From NCBI GenBank assembly GCA_964057225.1, contig OZ059896.1, forward strand, positions 8,742,001-8,806,000: DNA of 64,000 bases. The letters run 5' to 3'. The notes beneath the pieces were generated by a model. It had not been told where the DNA came from, made no database searches, and saw nothing but the letters and a program-made list of their open reading frames with translations. Made by a program: the position numbers and the translations under genes. Of the stretch, positions 19,601 through 34,863 are shown piece after piece. Source of the DNA: Auanema rhodensis (taxonomy: Eukaryota > Animalia > Nematoda). Each line of letters starts with the position of its first letter. The stretch's first letter is position 1.

Positions 19601-22600
19601 ACGTGAACCAATGTTTGAAGCGTCTGTCATCCGCCATCTGAACTGATAGATAAAAGGAGACCGGCATCAAATGGAGTTGATTCAGATGACACTTCATTCT
19701 TCAAATCTTAGATGAAAGCAACAGTCAAAGAAGTATTCTGATTGATAGAATGAGCGCTTTATTGGATCTTATTTGAATAGATATCAATTCAATTTGATTT
19801 AAAATTAGATTGAATATATCTTGTGTAAAGCTTCAAAAGATTCCCTATTAAAACTAAAATTATTCTATTTTATAATATTATTATATTGTAAATCCCTAGT
19901 TAACGTATATAGTATTAGAAATCTAATAATATAAAATATTTTTGTTCATTCTTTACTTTAACCATATCTTGTTAAGATTATAAAAATGTCACAGTTATAT
20001 CATTATGACCTCTATAAGTCGTAAATATTCAAATATAATTAAATAACTAACTATATAGATATCTGTGATATACGGTCATATTACGGTACAGGTTATAACA
20101 TCGGCGAAAAAAAAAAAACTTTATTACAATGTGCTTTATATGGATTAAGAAAGTCATAAAAACATCTTTGTTGTCGGCATTTCTCTTTGAAAAATATTAT
20201 GTATACTATATGTCACATAATGATTAACCTTAACGAGATTAAAGATAATATTCCCATTTCTTAATGTTTAATCTTAAGTAAATAATAGAAATAGTGTGCT
20301 ATAATGTTTTCTCATTTCAAATATTCCATCTATTTAGTTTATTTGGCTTAGGCTTACTTTGGCTCATATACTCGTAGATTTCTTTTCTGCTGTTCTGACT
20401 TTAAACATGAAGATAGTCCCTCGTTTCTTATTTTCGTATGATGAAACGTCAACGAGAACATCATTTCCAAACATGATGATCAGAACGACGTTAAGCTGGC
20501 AAATTTTTCACCAACCACCGCAGAGGAACAGAGGAGAAACGATGAGTCTGATGTTTCGACAGTGAATCGTACGAAGTCTCATCACATGTCATGCGAACTA
20601 GGCATGATGATGATGGATGAATGTCTTGAGGTGTCATCACAAGGTCATCTCAAGTATACATGATGCTTGTCATGTTCTGTTGTTCTTCCTTTTTTCCTTT
20701 ATAGTTTCAGTTTTTCCGCTTTCATTCAGATAACTTTTCAATTTTTACCGCAAAGTGACATCATTAAGCTTATCAATATTCATGAATTCGATATGCCCCT
20801 TGAAAATTATAGTTAATCTATGAAATTATACAGAAGAAATATGATAAAATCATAATATTTGATTAAGATTAAACAACTAGCTATTTTAATTATTAAATTT
20901 CTTTGAATATGTATAAATATAAAAGAACAAGTTTTTTTTCTCCATCGAAATGTCTAGAAAAAGCAATAAAAAGGTTGTGTGATGACTTAGCGAGGAATAT
21001 TCTTTAGTTGATTTTCATCTATTTAAGATACTATAAACCTCCAAATTTTGAAATCAAAAACTTGATCAGATCAGTCAAAAAGAGATGAGTGATGTCCCAT
21101 GTACAAAGCAGGAACTTCTTAAAATTACTTGCAAACGAAGAAAAACATTTTGATGAAGATGCATTAGAAATTTTCAAGTATTTGCCAAAAAGAAAAGACA
21201 TTTCTGAAGGTAATTTACTGATGTATCACAGGAACACGACAAGAATCTTCTAAAAACTTATTGTTAAATAGAAAGAATGCATAACGAATTGCTAAAGAAC
21301 TAAAGAGATAATAATCTTTGGGAAATCCTTTGAAATATTTTAAATAGTTTCATTCATTTAATTTGTATTTATATATAAAGTATAATTTAATTAATATAAT
21401 ACTATAATCTTTCTATTATATCTACGAATCTGTTTGTAATATTATATACCATATGTATAATTAACTTAATTAAAATATATAATTTCTTCCGTATTCTGGA
21501 GAATAAAAATTCAAGTTTTGACTAATATTTTAAACATTTCTACATTTTATAAAAAGTTCTTTATATTATTGTGGAAGTGAAGGGAAGTCAATTGATTGCC
21601 TTATGCTTTGCTATGTGAGATGTCTCATCACTCAACTCTCAGATGTCTCTTATACAACTATCACTTTGTCGTTGTTCTATGCAATAGACAGGGATAATAG
21701 CCAATATAAGCATGTTAATGGATTGATAGTAGTCAACTTGAATGACTTGAGCGTTCATCTAGCTTGTTTCTGAACTCGCTTACTTCACTACTTTCCAGCT
21801 CCGACAGACGTCTGAGCTAGTTGTGTCAGTTCCTTTATAACCAGATGACCTTTCACAACTCGTCGTAATCGTCAAGCATTTTGACGAATGTGCGCTGACA
21901 TGCTGAAGCTTCATGTGCCATGTCGAATTCACGGCTATGTAGCCTGATGATGTGGAAACGACGTCGTCAACATCAAATCGCCGTTGTCGTCGTCAGTGTT
22001 GTCGTCAGTCAGTCAGTCAGTCATTCAGTTAAATTTTTTTAGAATCGACTGTTCCAGACATCGTGTGATCAGAACGGAAAAATTCTCAATAGCCTTATGC
22101 GTCTATATTACATCGTCACCTGTCCATCTGAATCATTACGAAAACTCAATCTGACATTTTGAAATATTAAGATTTCCATATATACATATACATATAGTAT
22201 AAGATATGTGAGTTGAATTTATGACCTAACAATTTGACGTTCATTTGAATCAAAAAAAAGATGCAAAAAAAGAAAAATATAAGACTTCATCTTGAATTTT
22301 CAAATTGGTCATCAACTACGTGTTTTTAGTTCGTTCGGTCTTTTTTTTCTTTTCTTTTTTAAATTTAATTTTTTTTTCAATATTCTATATTGAAGAGGTG
22401 ACCATATCTAAAAACGATCTGTCATTTAATTTAGAAATCGGTAGAGATGTCCCATTTTTCACGGAAATTTCTGAAATTAGAAAAATAATGCTTAGATGTT
22501 ATCATATTGATTAGATTTCAAGTTTCAAAACATATTTTAATATAATTTCTATTATATTTGATATTCAATGACTCTTTCCACTTCTGTAATTCCCTTAATA

Positions 22601-25600
22601 TCACTTTGATAAATCTTTTCTTCAATTTATTTCGTCGGCGTTGTTAAAAAGTGAAAAAAGAAAAAAGAAGAATAGGTAGAAAACTGCTTCTTATGTACAC
22701 GTGATCATAAAATTGTTTAACAAACTTTGCTACCTGCTCATATTTTCAAATTAAGATTGTTATAAGGGTTAGAATAAACATAGATAACAAGAAAAAGATA
22801 ATATGGGAAGAACATGGTAGAATAATAAAAAAAATTGAATTGATCTCCGAAATAAGACAAGAAAAATTGATGAAAAGAAACTTTGCAAACTGTTTTTAAA
22901 AATTATTTTTTTCTTAATAATTGCAGCTTTATATCAACTAATTACTTCATAATCATATAACTATATATTCAAGATTCACTAAATATTTCAGTAACTATAA
23001 ATTCTATGATGGACAGAAAAAAAGTTTTTATGAATCTTCTTCCATGTCTTCTGATCGCCTATAAGTCATAGTGTTGACAGATAGATAGGCTCTAAACGGA
23101 TGGATTACCATCGTTCTGGGACCGAAAAAACATAAACGAAAGATTTACTGTTTCAACTCAAAGCTACCGCCACTTGCAGTTTATATCGTAAATAGCCTTC
23201 TTCTTGTTCTTTTATTTCCTCTTTATCTCATCGTATTCTCTTTTCTCTAGATGTTCATTTCATCTTATCTTCACCTCCCCAAACGATATAAGTACTCATT
23301 CAAAACTAATTCTAAACTTCTTTTGATTTAATTTTTATTTAATTTTAAAATAAAAATAAAATTGAAATAAAATTAAAAATCATACATCATGAACAATAGA
23401 ATCCTTAAAAAAACATAAATTATATAAGAAATAATGTTTGTTTTCAACTGAATTCATAGAGCATATAACTATGATTATCATGAACACTTCCGTATGTATA
23501 CTAAGTTCCCTTTCTCTCTCTCCCTGTCTCTCTCTCCCCCCTCTCTCTCTCTGTGAAAAGAGAGAAGGAAAGTGTTCATAAACTTACCATTTAGGTCCCT
23601 CAAATTTAAAATCGTAACAATTGCGGTCAAATAGACATAAACACGGGTAATACTGGATTTTCATTTAAGAATGGTTTACAACCCCCCATCAACTTGCTAG
23701 CAAATCGGCAAAATGCTATGAACCCAAATGTTAATTTCTTCATTTTAATTATTATATTGACTATATAAACTAGATGTAACATGTCTTTGATGCTGCCGTT
23801 CATAAAACTATTTTATCTTCATTCAAATGTTCTGTCATAAAAAAAAAATAATAAATACAAAAATATTTGTTTAAAGATTCTTGATCGGCAAAATAATAAT
23901 TTTTTTTCATATAAATGTAGTTATTTATTTACTTTTATAAGAGAAAGTATTGAATTATTATGTTCATAATTCATTTTTTTTATAATTTAAGGAATAACAA
24001 TGAATATAATATTTAAATATTTAAATATATACATTTATAAATATCTAAATTATATCCAAATTATTTATAAATTATCTAAATATTTCTATATATGTATATG
24101 TGCATATTTTTTGTTAATTATAAAAGTTTGTATGAAAGATTTGAGGTCAGTCCCCCCTATTGAGTGAAGTAGTTGCATAGAGGTCTTTTGGCACCTTTTT
24201 CATTCTTGTTTATCCTTACCCTATTTCCTTTTTTGTTACCTTCTGTCGTTATATCTATTGAGATGACCTTAGTTATTAAATCATTTAAAGGATGTTGATA
24301 TACTTTCCGGAACTATTGTATTCGAATAGAAAGAGCTGCTGAGCTGATGACCAAATGTCATTTAGTTAATTGACCCTTGATTCAAACAATTACCGTAATC
24401 CAAGGGGCAAGAAGATATGGAGAATTAGATTGTTTGAATAGGATAAGTATTATGATGAGATAGTTATTACGTAATATACAGTGAAGCAGCTTCTAATTCA
24501 TTTCGTTTACCGTGGGTAGCACTTCTTACGTAATTCTACTTCCCCTTCCTATCTATGCCGATTACTGAAGTAGTTGTAAGTCATAGACATTGCTGAGATA
24601 CTTAGAAAGTGGATGACAGATCTAGAAAGAGTGTGTGTAAGAGATTCGGAGAGAAAGAGAGAAATGTTGGCAAAGAAAAGAAGAGTAGATGAGACAGTTT
24701 ATGATGTAAAGCCATTCTAGTAATTTCACTATCAGATTTTTCGGTAAGATGAAATAATGCTGAAATTTCAAAATAACTGTAGTTGACAACATCCTCATGA
24801 TGTTTAACCTAATTTCAAATTACCTTTATTTCGAAAAACATTTCTTCTCCCATTTCTTTCTATAATTTGGCTTAACTGATTCGAACTTTATTCATTTCAC
24901 ATAAAATATAATTTTAAAATGAAATCGATGAATTCTATTATTGTGACTTATATCCTCCTATAGTATCCCATAGTACCTCATAAATCTTCAAGTTGTGAGC
25001 TATTATTATCTGAGAGAATGAAAAAGAAAATTATGTTTTAGATGCATTAAGATAATCCCGGGCAAAGAAAAGATAAAGAGTGAGAGAGAAAGAGAAAGAA
25101 AAAAATAATTTTTGAATAATTTATTATTGAAAGTATGTGAATATTAGGAGATATTAGAAGGTACGTGGCACAGATAGCCTATTATTATACTTCAAAAGAC
25201 AAATTACAAATATAGTGACATCTGTCCACTTATCGTTGATTCGCATCTTCTTGATCGTCTTCATCGTTTTCTAGAGAAAAGAATTGTCGAAAGACTTATA
25301 CATACATACACACAGATAATTAAAGATAAAGAGGATTATAAAAAGAAATAGATAGAGATAGATTGAGAGAGAGAGAAAAGGAGAGAGAGAGAGAGAGAGA
25401 ATGTTGAGAAAAGCAAATTGGTCCCCCTTTTATTCCTTATTAATTGAATACAACAAATGTATGTAGACGTACATGTATACTCATGTAACTTTACTTTTTA
25501 CTTCTCATCTTTAATTCTTATTGGCTCAAATAATTGACAACACATTATTGGCAATTGAAGCAGGTGTGAAAGAAAATTTCCTCTTTTACATGTAATTTCA

Positions 25601-26803
25601 ATAAGTATGATTAGCAACAATTCGTAGAGTTGAAAAGAAATAAATTTCAATTTATAATATGTACATATAGACGGATATGTATGTATATATAATCATATAG
25701 TTTAATCTTTATTTGAATTATATGTATAATGATTGAAGAATATTGACGAGGATCAGGATGATGAGCTCTTTTCATCGGATTTCTTTTGTGTCGTGCGAAA
25801 GAATAATCAAAATCATTCAGTTACAGCAACATTTCAAATCATAAATCGAGAAGATTAACATGAAACTGATACACAATTGCTCAATTGAATTGGCTAAAAC
25901 GAAAAAGAGAAATCAAAGAGATATAAGGATGATGAAAGATTAAGAGGGAAAAGAGAGAGAGAGAGGAGAGAGAGAGAGAGTTTAATGAGAATCTACATAA
26001 AAGACATTTTTCAATCTACTCATTTAAGATTGAAACAGTAGTCTTATGTAATAGATAGTCAGAATATGGTTTGGTGTAAAATCATTGATCAACCAGTTGT
26101 CAGTTAAATTTCCAATATGCTTAATGGTGTTGCTTCAAATTTGTCGGAATCGCATTTTGTACGATATATCTATGTATATGACATTCAATCTTATTTCATA
26201 GCTTTGAATGAATTCAATATTCATCGTGGATATCTGTATGTTGCATATAACATGACATATGAATCTCAATTGTCTTCAGTCCTCTTCTTTCTGACGTCAA
26301 ACAACGACATGAATCGCTCAAATACAGAAAAGGTTCGCCTCTGGTGATGAATGACTGATTCAACACAGTTTGATGACGATGATGATATGAAATAGATAAG
26401 AGACGACAGATAAAAGACTTACCGCGGCCATCATAGACAGCATCCAAAGACATAAGAATCTTAGATGAACAACGATGCCGAACAATTTGAAGAAGTTGAT
26501 ATAGTTGATGATGAAGAAGCTGAGAAAAGGGCGTTAAAATCCGAGAAGCGAATATGTTTTTTTTAAATTTGAAAATCAGATAGTTGTGTGGATCTTCACA
26601 CAATCTATCCCCTCTCTATTCAGGTATACAGTGTGGTTGTGAGAGTGTGTGATATAGTCTTCTTATCTTCTCCAGCCATCATAACAACGATGAATATCGG
26701 GATAATGATGTACATAAGAAGAAGTTGATAGAATGACTGCTGAGGTAAGACATACTGTTTATATCCATGTTTCATCCTCAAATCATCATAGTTTCGTTCA
26801 CTG

Positions 26804-26837
<34 letters not shown>
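26804..26837. repeat. (TCA)n trinucleotide microsatellite
   Basis: Run of tcatcatca; it explains the poly-D and poly-I ORFs in the track. Confidence 0.9.
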
Positions 26838-29800
26838 AATGATCATTGACGTGATAGTAGTAGTTGTCGTCTTCTTCATTATCATCATCATCATATTCCT
26901 TCATTTTCTGTTTCCAGTAGTACCGTATTGCCGTCATCAGCATTTGATTCCACGTTATCCGTTAAGGAAAACGATGTGACAGATAGACAAAGCAGATGAT
27001 CAGACAGAATGACATGATGTGACAGGACACATAAATTTGTTTGAATTATCAAGCAGAAACTAAGAAGCAGATGATGATGAAATAGGCATTGTAAGATCTG
27101 ATTCAAAAAAAAATCAGAACAAACCAACAAACATGGATTGGATTCTGGCTGCAACACTAAACTCTCATACTCCAATTCTGTAATGATCAATTTTCTATCT
27201 TCATTGCATTTGAAAAGTTTTTTTGATAATTTTCATAGCTGTCTGCTTAATTACTTTGTTTTAATCTAATTGACAACAGCTTCCTGTTCTGATTTTACAT
27301 GATAAGTTAATGATAAATCTCTTGTTTGAGAGTCAAAGATTAGATTTTATTCATATAAATATTTTCGAAAAGATTAACATGTTTCAAAATTATATAAATA
27401 TTATTGCCAACCCTTTACTTATATACTATATATATAGTATAAGTATCTATACATAATATGTAATTGTAATGAATTATATATTCTTGTTGGTGAAAAGAAA
27501 AAGAACTTTTCATATTATGATTATGGAAAAGTTGAAGAATTGGACAAATCATCTAATGCTCAAGAATATGATGAAGAGGAAAGGAGGAAGAAGACGAAGA
27601 CATGTGTCATTAGAAGTCCTTGAGAATCTTTGTTCAATCATAAGTAATCTACTTGTAACACAAGGATCTCTTTGTACAAATTTCTAATTACTACTATTTC
27701 CCTTTTAATTGTTTTCGTTCTCTCTTTTTCTCTCTATCTCTATCTATCTATTTTTTTTCTTTTTAAGTTTCCCTCCCTCTTATTCACTCTTTCGCAATCT
27801 CTTATACTCTTATGAGCAGATGATAGAATTGCTGTTGAATTTACTTAACTTTGACACCTATTGTTACACAGCAGGAGATTGAGATGACCATGTTATATTG
27901 AATACTTTGAAGTATATTTTCTATGTCAATTTGAATAGGTATAGAAAACATAATATATAATACATAAACTATATCATATAGTATAGATTTGTATTTCCTT
28001 GTTCCTCTTCTGTTTATTAATGAACAATGAATCATCTCTTTCTATATTTCTACAGTTAATAGATACCGTATACTCTACAACATTAGTTGATTGTTTAAGC
28101 AATAAAGCATTATTCTGACCTAAAATTTATGAATTTTTAAACTTTTATGAGATATAATGAATATAATCCTTTAATATAATAGTTATAATTAAATCAATTT
28201 TTTAATTGAATTCTTTAATAGTTTGATGATCCACAAACTTTTATAATGATAAGATAAGGTTATTAATTAACTTATTCTTAATACATTTTATGTTTATTAA
28301 TAGCAATTATTAATTATATTATGATCATTAGCATTTTATAATTTGGTATAAAATTTAAAATTTGAACAAATGATCATATTTTATGGTTTTAATTATACAT
28401 ATATACATTGATAACTGTTGTCATTTTTCTTATATCTTTGACTTCAATTCAATGGAACTCCCAGTTAAAACGTTTTTTCCCTCTTATTTTCTCAACGTTC
28501 TTCTGTTCACATCTTGTTGACTTCAGAAGATATGTTTGAATAAAAGTTGAATGAAGATCGACAAGAGATGAAGCTAAAAGCAGCTCATAGACTGATGGCC
28601 TGATGAATGGCCGACATTGCTCATCATATTTGACATCTAATAAACGTGTCCCATGAGAATCTGTGGATGTCAGATAGACTCGATCTCGCAGGTCCCTGTT
28701 CTCCAACTCTTCATCTTCCATGACTCTTTCTTTTCACTTTTCTGGACAGCTCTGAAAGGAGTCGTTTGTCAGTATGTGAACTGTGATAGATGACCATCTT
28801 TCAGCTTCTTTAACTTCTTCAGTCTTGTCTTGACAGCCGTCTGCGTGTCGCCATCGTCGTCATAGTGTCATTCTGTCGGCAATCATTGTGGCCATGAAGA
28901 GTTGTGGATGAGCATTGAATATGAATATGGAATAGTTAATAGACAAATCAAATATATTGTAATAAGTTAGTATAAAGAAATATTATAAGAAAATGGAAAG
29001 TTGATGAGATCATACATCTAATGAAAATCATGTTAATTGGCTTAGCCTAAGAAACGAAGTCCTTTCTATTATGTATTATATAACGAAATATTGTAAATAT
29101 CGTACAATAAGGAAGTTAAAAACATAAAAGATGAAAAAGCAGCGGTTGGTGATGCAAATCGGAAGTTGTCCTCCATCCGCCCTTCTGCTACTCGTTCGGA
29201 TTCCGATGATTGAAGACACGGCCGCAGGAGCCATGTGAGAAAACAACACACTTACATAGATAGATGGACTGACAAATAGAAAGACAAACGAAGGAAGAGT
29301 TTTTGCCATTTTTTAGCCGGATGCAGTCTGAAGAAACAATATGAAGCTTGGATGTTGAAAGAAACTAGAAGATATAATGGTGATCAGTCACTGCCTTTCC
29401 TCGCACATCTAATTCGGCATTTTTGAACAAACGTTCACTATACTTCCAACTTCATTCAAAAAAAGTTTTTTCTTTTTCATAATTGGCTGTAAGGGAATTT
29501 ACTTTCACCTAATCATAACATTCAATGATTGATTAATCTTATCAGATTCTTATAGCTCATTATATTTCATTTTTAATTACTATGTTGTATAGTTTAATAT
29601 GCTTAATACATAAATTTAATTACTTTTTTCTACTTTTTGCCGAAACTGTATCAAATTCTTGACGTTCCTTTTCCATCTTCATACTACATCTTGTTTTCTT
29701 CGTTATGAATAATAAAATTTTAGCTTGAAATCCGTCATGAAAGTTAGATGATTAACTCATATCTTCTTGCATCGGCATGCCATGGATAAGACACTCGATT

Positions 29801-30747
29801 TAGTCACAAAGCTTTCATTAAGAGTTCAGAGACTTGTCAAGAAATGAAACTTGTCCATCCATATAAACGAGGATAGGCATTTGACACTTCTCAACCTACC
29901 GCCTTAATGCATCCTGTCACCTATTGTGACAATAGACCAAATATGGAATGATGAGAACCGATCGACGTGACCCTTAACGCCCTCATCTATGGCTCACTCT
30001 ATATCTGTCTCTCTCTCCCTCTCTCTTTCTATTCCATGTACATCAGTTGCATCCTGAAAATAACTTAAAATTAACGATTTCAAGATGATTGCATATAATA
30101 TCAACGATATCATTCAACAACCAATATTATATAAACTATATAAACTATATAATTATAGATTTATCTGTTTATATACTATACGTATAAGATATTATGAAAA
30201 CAAATCTATATTAGTACAACCTGTTATCAAACGAGATCAACCGTTCTTTAGATTTAAAAAATGAAAAATGAAATTACCCTATATAACATGCATATCTATT
30301 ATATTCTTCTATATTATTATATAATTTGTAATAAATTAATCTATAATAATGAACTTTTTTATAAAAAAAATATGAATATATAGATATAACTATATGATAT
30401 AGTTATATATCTCTAGGTTAAATAGTTACAATATTATAACATATCATATACTCTTTCTTGTACTTTTGTCATTTCATATCCGCATTACTATTGCCAATGG
30501 CAATATGACATAATGACTTTCTAATGATTAATCAACAAACATATAAGACTGATATAACCATAAGATACAAAAAAAAGCACAAAATTGATATGAAAACAAA
30601 CTAAATGAAATTGCTATTAGGTTAATAAAGATATAAATGAGTGTAAAAAGTCTAATCAATAGCCTAATCAAAGTTGGGAAAAAGAGAAATATTATTGAAA
30701 CAATACTATAAACTATATACATATATCTAAACATAATAATATTTAAT

Positions 30748-30779
<32 letters not shown>

Positions 30780-31719
30780 TATTTGAAATAAACTATATAT
30801 ACTTTTTATATTTGATCAGATAAAAATGAAATAGCTTTGTCATATTGTATTAATCGTTCTCATTCGGAAAAGCAGATGTTTCGTGTTTATAGCATTTACA
30901 ACTTTAAAGATTTTAATCTACATTCTTGTATAGTTTTTATGAACTTTTTAAGTTTTAAATTTTATTATTTATTATAAACATAATATTAAATAAAAATTTA
31001 TATTTGAGTTCATATTAAAAAATATTTGAAAATAATAAAGCAGAATATAGTAATATATTTATAAAATTGTTCAAATATGGGGTTGAAAAAGGATAGAAAA
31101 ATCAAAATAAATGGCAACATATATATCTTCCATTTTCTTCAACAATTTACTTTTACAAGGACTATTTTCATAAAAAAAAAGAAAAAGAGAAAAGAATGAA
31201 AAATTGTGAAATACCTAATTTCACCATAGCATTTTAAAACATAAATTTTGATGTTCTAAAAGAATAAAACAAGCATTATTTCATAAACATTGATTAAATT
31301 ATGATATATAGTTAGAAGATAAATTATGTCAAAGCTTGTTAGAATGAATTATGTTATTTTGGTTGAAAAGCTCTTTTTAGGATTTACTGCTTCATTATTA
31401 CCTGAATAGAGTGATGGACATACGACAGATAGCATACAATCATCCATCTTTTCTTCATCACAATCATCATCTTATCCAAATTTTTGCTCTTCTTTTGGAT
31501 AAATCTCATCACTCATTCATTGTTTCCTTCTGATATATCCTCTCTATTCATCTTATAACCTCTATAAACTCTTCTTGTCACTTTCTAAATATGTTAGAAG
31601 TGAGGTATAATGGAATCTGTTGATAATGCCGAGAAATCACAGAAAACTATCTCTATTCAGACATTATATAGATACCTTTATACCATTAAGATTTCAAGAG
31701 ATTGCAGAACAAAATGTCC

Positions 31720-32040
31720 GACCAAGGGTGGGGGAGAGATGGGGACTGGGGGCCATACGGTCTTGTAACTCAGTCATAAATCTCTCCATCTCCTTCTCCT
31801 CACTGTCAATAGTGCCTGACAGATCATAAATTTCCTGATATATGTATGTTTCCGAGGCGCTCCATCATTCGAGAGAGGCGTGGCTACGCTATCTCATTGG
31901 CTGACCACGCCTCGTCGCTCGACCGCTTTGATGAGACCGCTGTCGGCTGGCCCCGCCCCTCGAGTAGCATCAGTCTTAGCCTTGTGTTCGTGCCGCCCTG
32001 TTGGCTGTCGTCGTCGTTGATCGTCGTCGTCAGGATCACA
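31720..32040 (+). promoter_or_regulatory. tlp-1 proximal promoter (GC/CpG-rich)
   Basis: Reverse CCAAT (ATTGG 31896-31900), Sp/KLF-type GGCGTGG at about 31877 and CCACGCC at about 31905, GC box CCCCGCCCC 31951-31959, Inr-like TCAGT 31970-31974, TCATAAAT twice, CTGTCA 31803-31808 and TGACAG 31817-31822. It lies about 340 bp upstream of the ATG. Confidence 0.65.
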
Positions 32041-32310
32041 TAGCATTATAATACAGTTGACATCGAGAATCCTAGAATATCGTCGTCATAATCGCCTGTT
32101 TGCAATCATTATACAGGAAATCTGCATTTCGATTGAGATACTTTCAAGAAACACTTGCTTCTTGAAGAGATATTCCTGTGGATATTTGGTACTATAAGCC
32201 AAAAATCAAAAAAGAAGAAAGAATAACAAGCTATATTCTAACTATAATATTATTAGATTCCTAGCTATTCATTCTGTTCTTTAAACTAAATTCCATTAAA
32301 TTCTACACAA

Positions 32311-32969
32311 ATGGTTTCTACTCATACTCAACAGTATATTACGGATTTCGTACCTAATACGGTTAGTTCAATACTTTTTCTTTTCTTTTTTATTATTTTT
32401 TATAAATTTTATTATTATTAAATACTATTATTATTTTATTTTTAATAATATTCTTTTTTATATATTTATAATTATATTTAAAATTCTAATAGATTATTAA
32501 AGATTCTCTTAAACTTTTCTTCTATTTTAATCAAATTTCTTTTGGATATATACATTTTGATTTTATTTTCTTTAATCATCATTCATTCATTCATTCATTT
32601 TTTTCTATTGATTCTATGTAATGATTTTTGTACTTTAATTCCTCAATATGTGACCTAGCTATGAGGCTCATCTATCATCTGTGTCTACCTCTCTAACATG
32701 CTCCATATATTCTATCATCTTGTTTTATCTCTGTTTTTTCTTTAAATTTTGTAATTTTCACGTGTAATTAGTTGCTTTTATATCTTTTTACAACTTTTTA
32801 TCAGATATTAACTCATCGGCTACCTCTTTCATTATTTTGACTTCATTGCCTTCTTAAATTTTCTAAGACCCTTTCTTTCTTTTTTCCCTCTCAAATAACT
32901 CTCTAGTTCATCATCATCTTGCCAATATTTCAAAAGAATTCTAGAGTTTTACTCCTTCTCTCCTTTTTT

Positions 32970-33063
<94 letters not shown>

Positions 33064-34863
33064 GCTCTCCTTTCTCTAAATTATATCGTTGTCTGTTCAC
33101 TGTCTGTCATAAAATAACCCATTGGACCTCTAATTAATTTGGATAATAAAAAAAGGTGGACTTTTATGGCTTTTTGTGTGGCGGCTTCTTATCAATTGTC
33201 GATTTTGCATGATGCTTCGTCAAATGAGCTTATTTATGAGTTCCTTAATTACTTTTCTGATTTGTCTTGTTAATAACTGCAGTCTATAAACTATTAAGAA
33301 ATATTATTTGTTTATAATCAGTTAATTATAATTAACTATGTTTACATAGTTACATCTAAACTTTTTCTTTCAATATTTGTAATATCATTTCACTCATTCT
33401 CATCTTTGTTTCCATGTACTTTCATTTTTTTTTCAAATCCTTTTTCACATTGTCATTTCTTTATGAATTCACAAAGAAATTATAAAAAATAGAATTTTCT
33501 TGTTATTCATCCATCTCGAATCTTTTTCCTTTCTTCTCTGTTATCTTTAAAAAATATTTTTTTATTGTAATATTATTCATTCTTTTGTTTCAAATCAAAT
33601 CAAAGAAAATAAAAAAAACTATTTTATATATTTTTGTTTCATTTTACTCTTTTCAGATTGATGGCAAAAGTCCACTGGCCATGCTGGCTAAAACTTGTGA
33701 AACCATCGGATTACCTGATGTTCCAACAATGAAGAAGAGCCCATTACTTGCTTCTGGTGACGGCAAAACTTCAATGGGAACTAGTCCAGATCTTGGAATG
33801 AAACACAAATCTGATTCTCCTAATGATAAGAAGAAGGAGAGATGTTCACCTCGAGTTACTCCCTCAACTTCTAAGGTATATTGTTCTCATATAACCAAAA
33901 GCTTATTCATTTTGTTTCAGTCTGAACCTTTAACCTCCACATCTTTACCTGGATTAGCAGCAGTAGGAAAAGCTCCATTTGGTGCTCTAGGCTTTCCAAC
34001 AGCATTCCCCTTCTACCCAGGAGCTACAGCTATGATGAGCCCCTTCGGTATGACTACTGCTGCTTTCCCTGGATTCGGTATGGCTCCCGCTCCACCTGCA
34101 TTCATGGGAGGTCGAGTTCCATGCCCAGCTGCTTTGATGCGTCAACCATGTATCACTCCTGGCTGTACTACATGCGCAACCAATGGAGCTTCAGCAGCCG
34201 ATATGTTCACAAATCCCCTGTTTTCTGCTTATGCAGCTATGATGCCTACTGTGTCCGGAGCAAGGTAAATCATATTATAGTTTTTATTTATTTAATATTT
34301 AATCTTACAGTGCTGGTATGCCATCTTATCAAGCTCTTCTGGCTTCCGCTGCTGCCGCTGCTTCAGCTAACGCCGCTGTCGCAGCCAGTTCATCCTCAGC
34401 TTCCGTACCAACTTCAGGCATTTGTGCCACAACTCCAATGGGCTCAGTTAGACATACATGTAGCTGGATGGATAGTAACACTGGAATGTGTGGAAAACAG
34501 TTTTGTAATACGGACGAGCTTACTCATCACATGAAAAGCCATGCCATCGCTTCCGTAGCCATTTCAAATACAGCTCAATCTCCCATCAGTAGCCCAGTTC
34601 CCAGTAGTAATTCATCCGGTAGTATCAATACTCCAGATAAGCAAAACGGAAAAGCTCCCAATAGCGCTACCTCCACTCCAAGCATGCGTTTCAACCCCTA
34701 TGGAAAGTCCATGAACCCCAACATGATGGCTCCAGCTGGCGCAGCAGTAGCTGCTGCCGCTGCTGCCGCCGCAGGTATGCAATCTCTTCCACCAATGCCC
34801 TTCAACCCCATGGCTTTACATGCCATGTATGCTCAACGTATGATGACAATGCCTCATCCATGA
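32311..34863 (+). CDS. tlp-1: NET-family (NocA/Elbow/TLP-1, ZNF503/703-like) single-C2H2 zinc-finger transcriptional regulator, about 388 aa
   Basis: Exons 32311-32361 (MVSTHTQQYITDFVPNT), 33657-33875, 33921-34264 and 34311-34863 total 1167 nt in frame. Sp motif KSPLAMLAKTCETIG, buttonhead-like box CITPGCTTC, zinc finger CSWMDSNTGMCGKQFCNTDELTHHMKSH, C-terminal RFNPY (NET RYHPY-like) and poly-Ala tracts. Confidence 0.92.
32973..33060. repeat. (TC)44 microsatellite in tlp-1 intron 1
   Basis: Uninterrupted 88-bp TC run. Confidence 0.95.

Noticed and set aside
21092-21253. 53-aa ORF MSHVQSRNFLKLLANEEKHFDEDALEIFKYLPKRKDISEG... with a donor-like GTAATT
   Set aside because: No partner exons or recognisable homology; cannot be distinguished from a chance ORF.
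26620-26979. Poly-Asp and poly-Ile ORFs (also 45593-45796 and 50781-51056)
   Set aside because: They are translations of (TCA)n/(GAT)n microsatellites.
28449-28721. 90-aa minus-strand ORF MEDEELENRD...
   Set aside because: Intronless, no recognisable motif, and located in a GC-richer regulatory-like island where ORFs of this length arise by chance.
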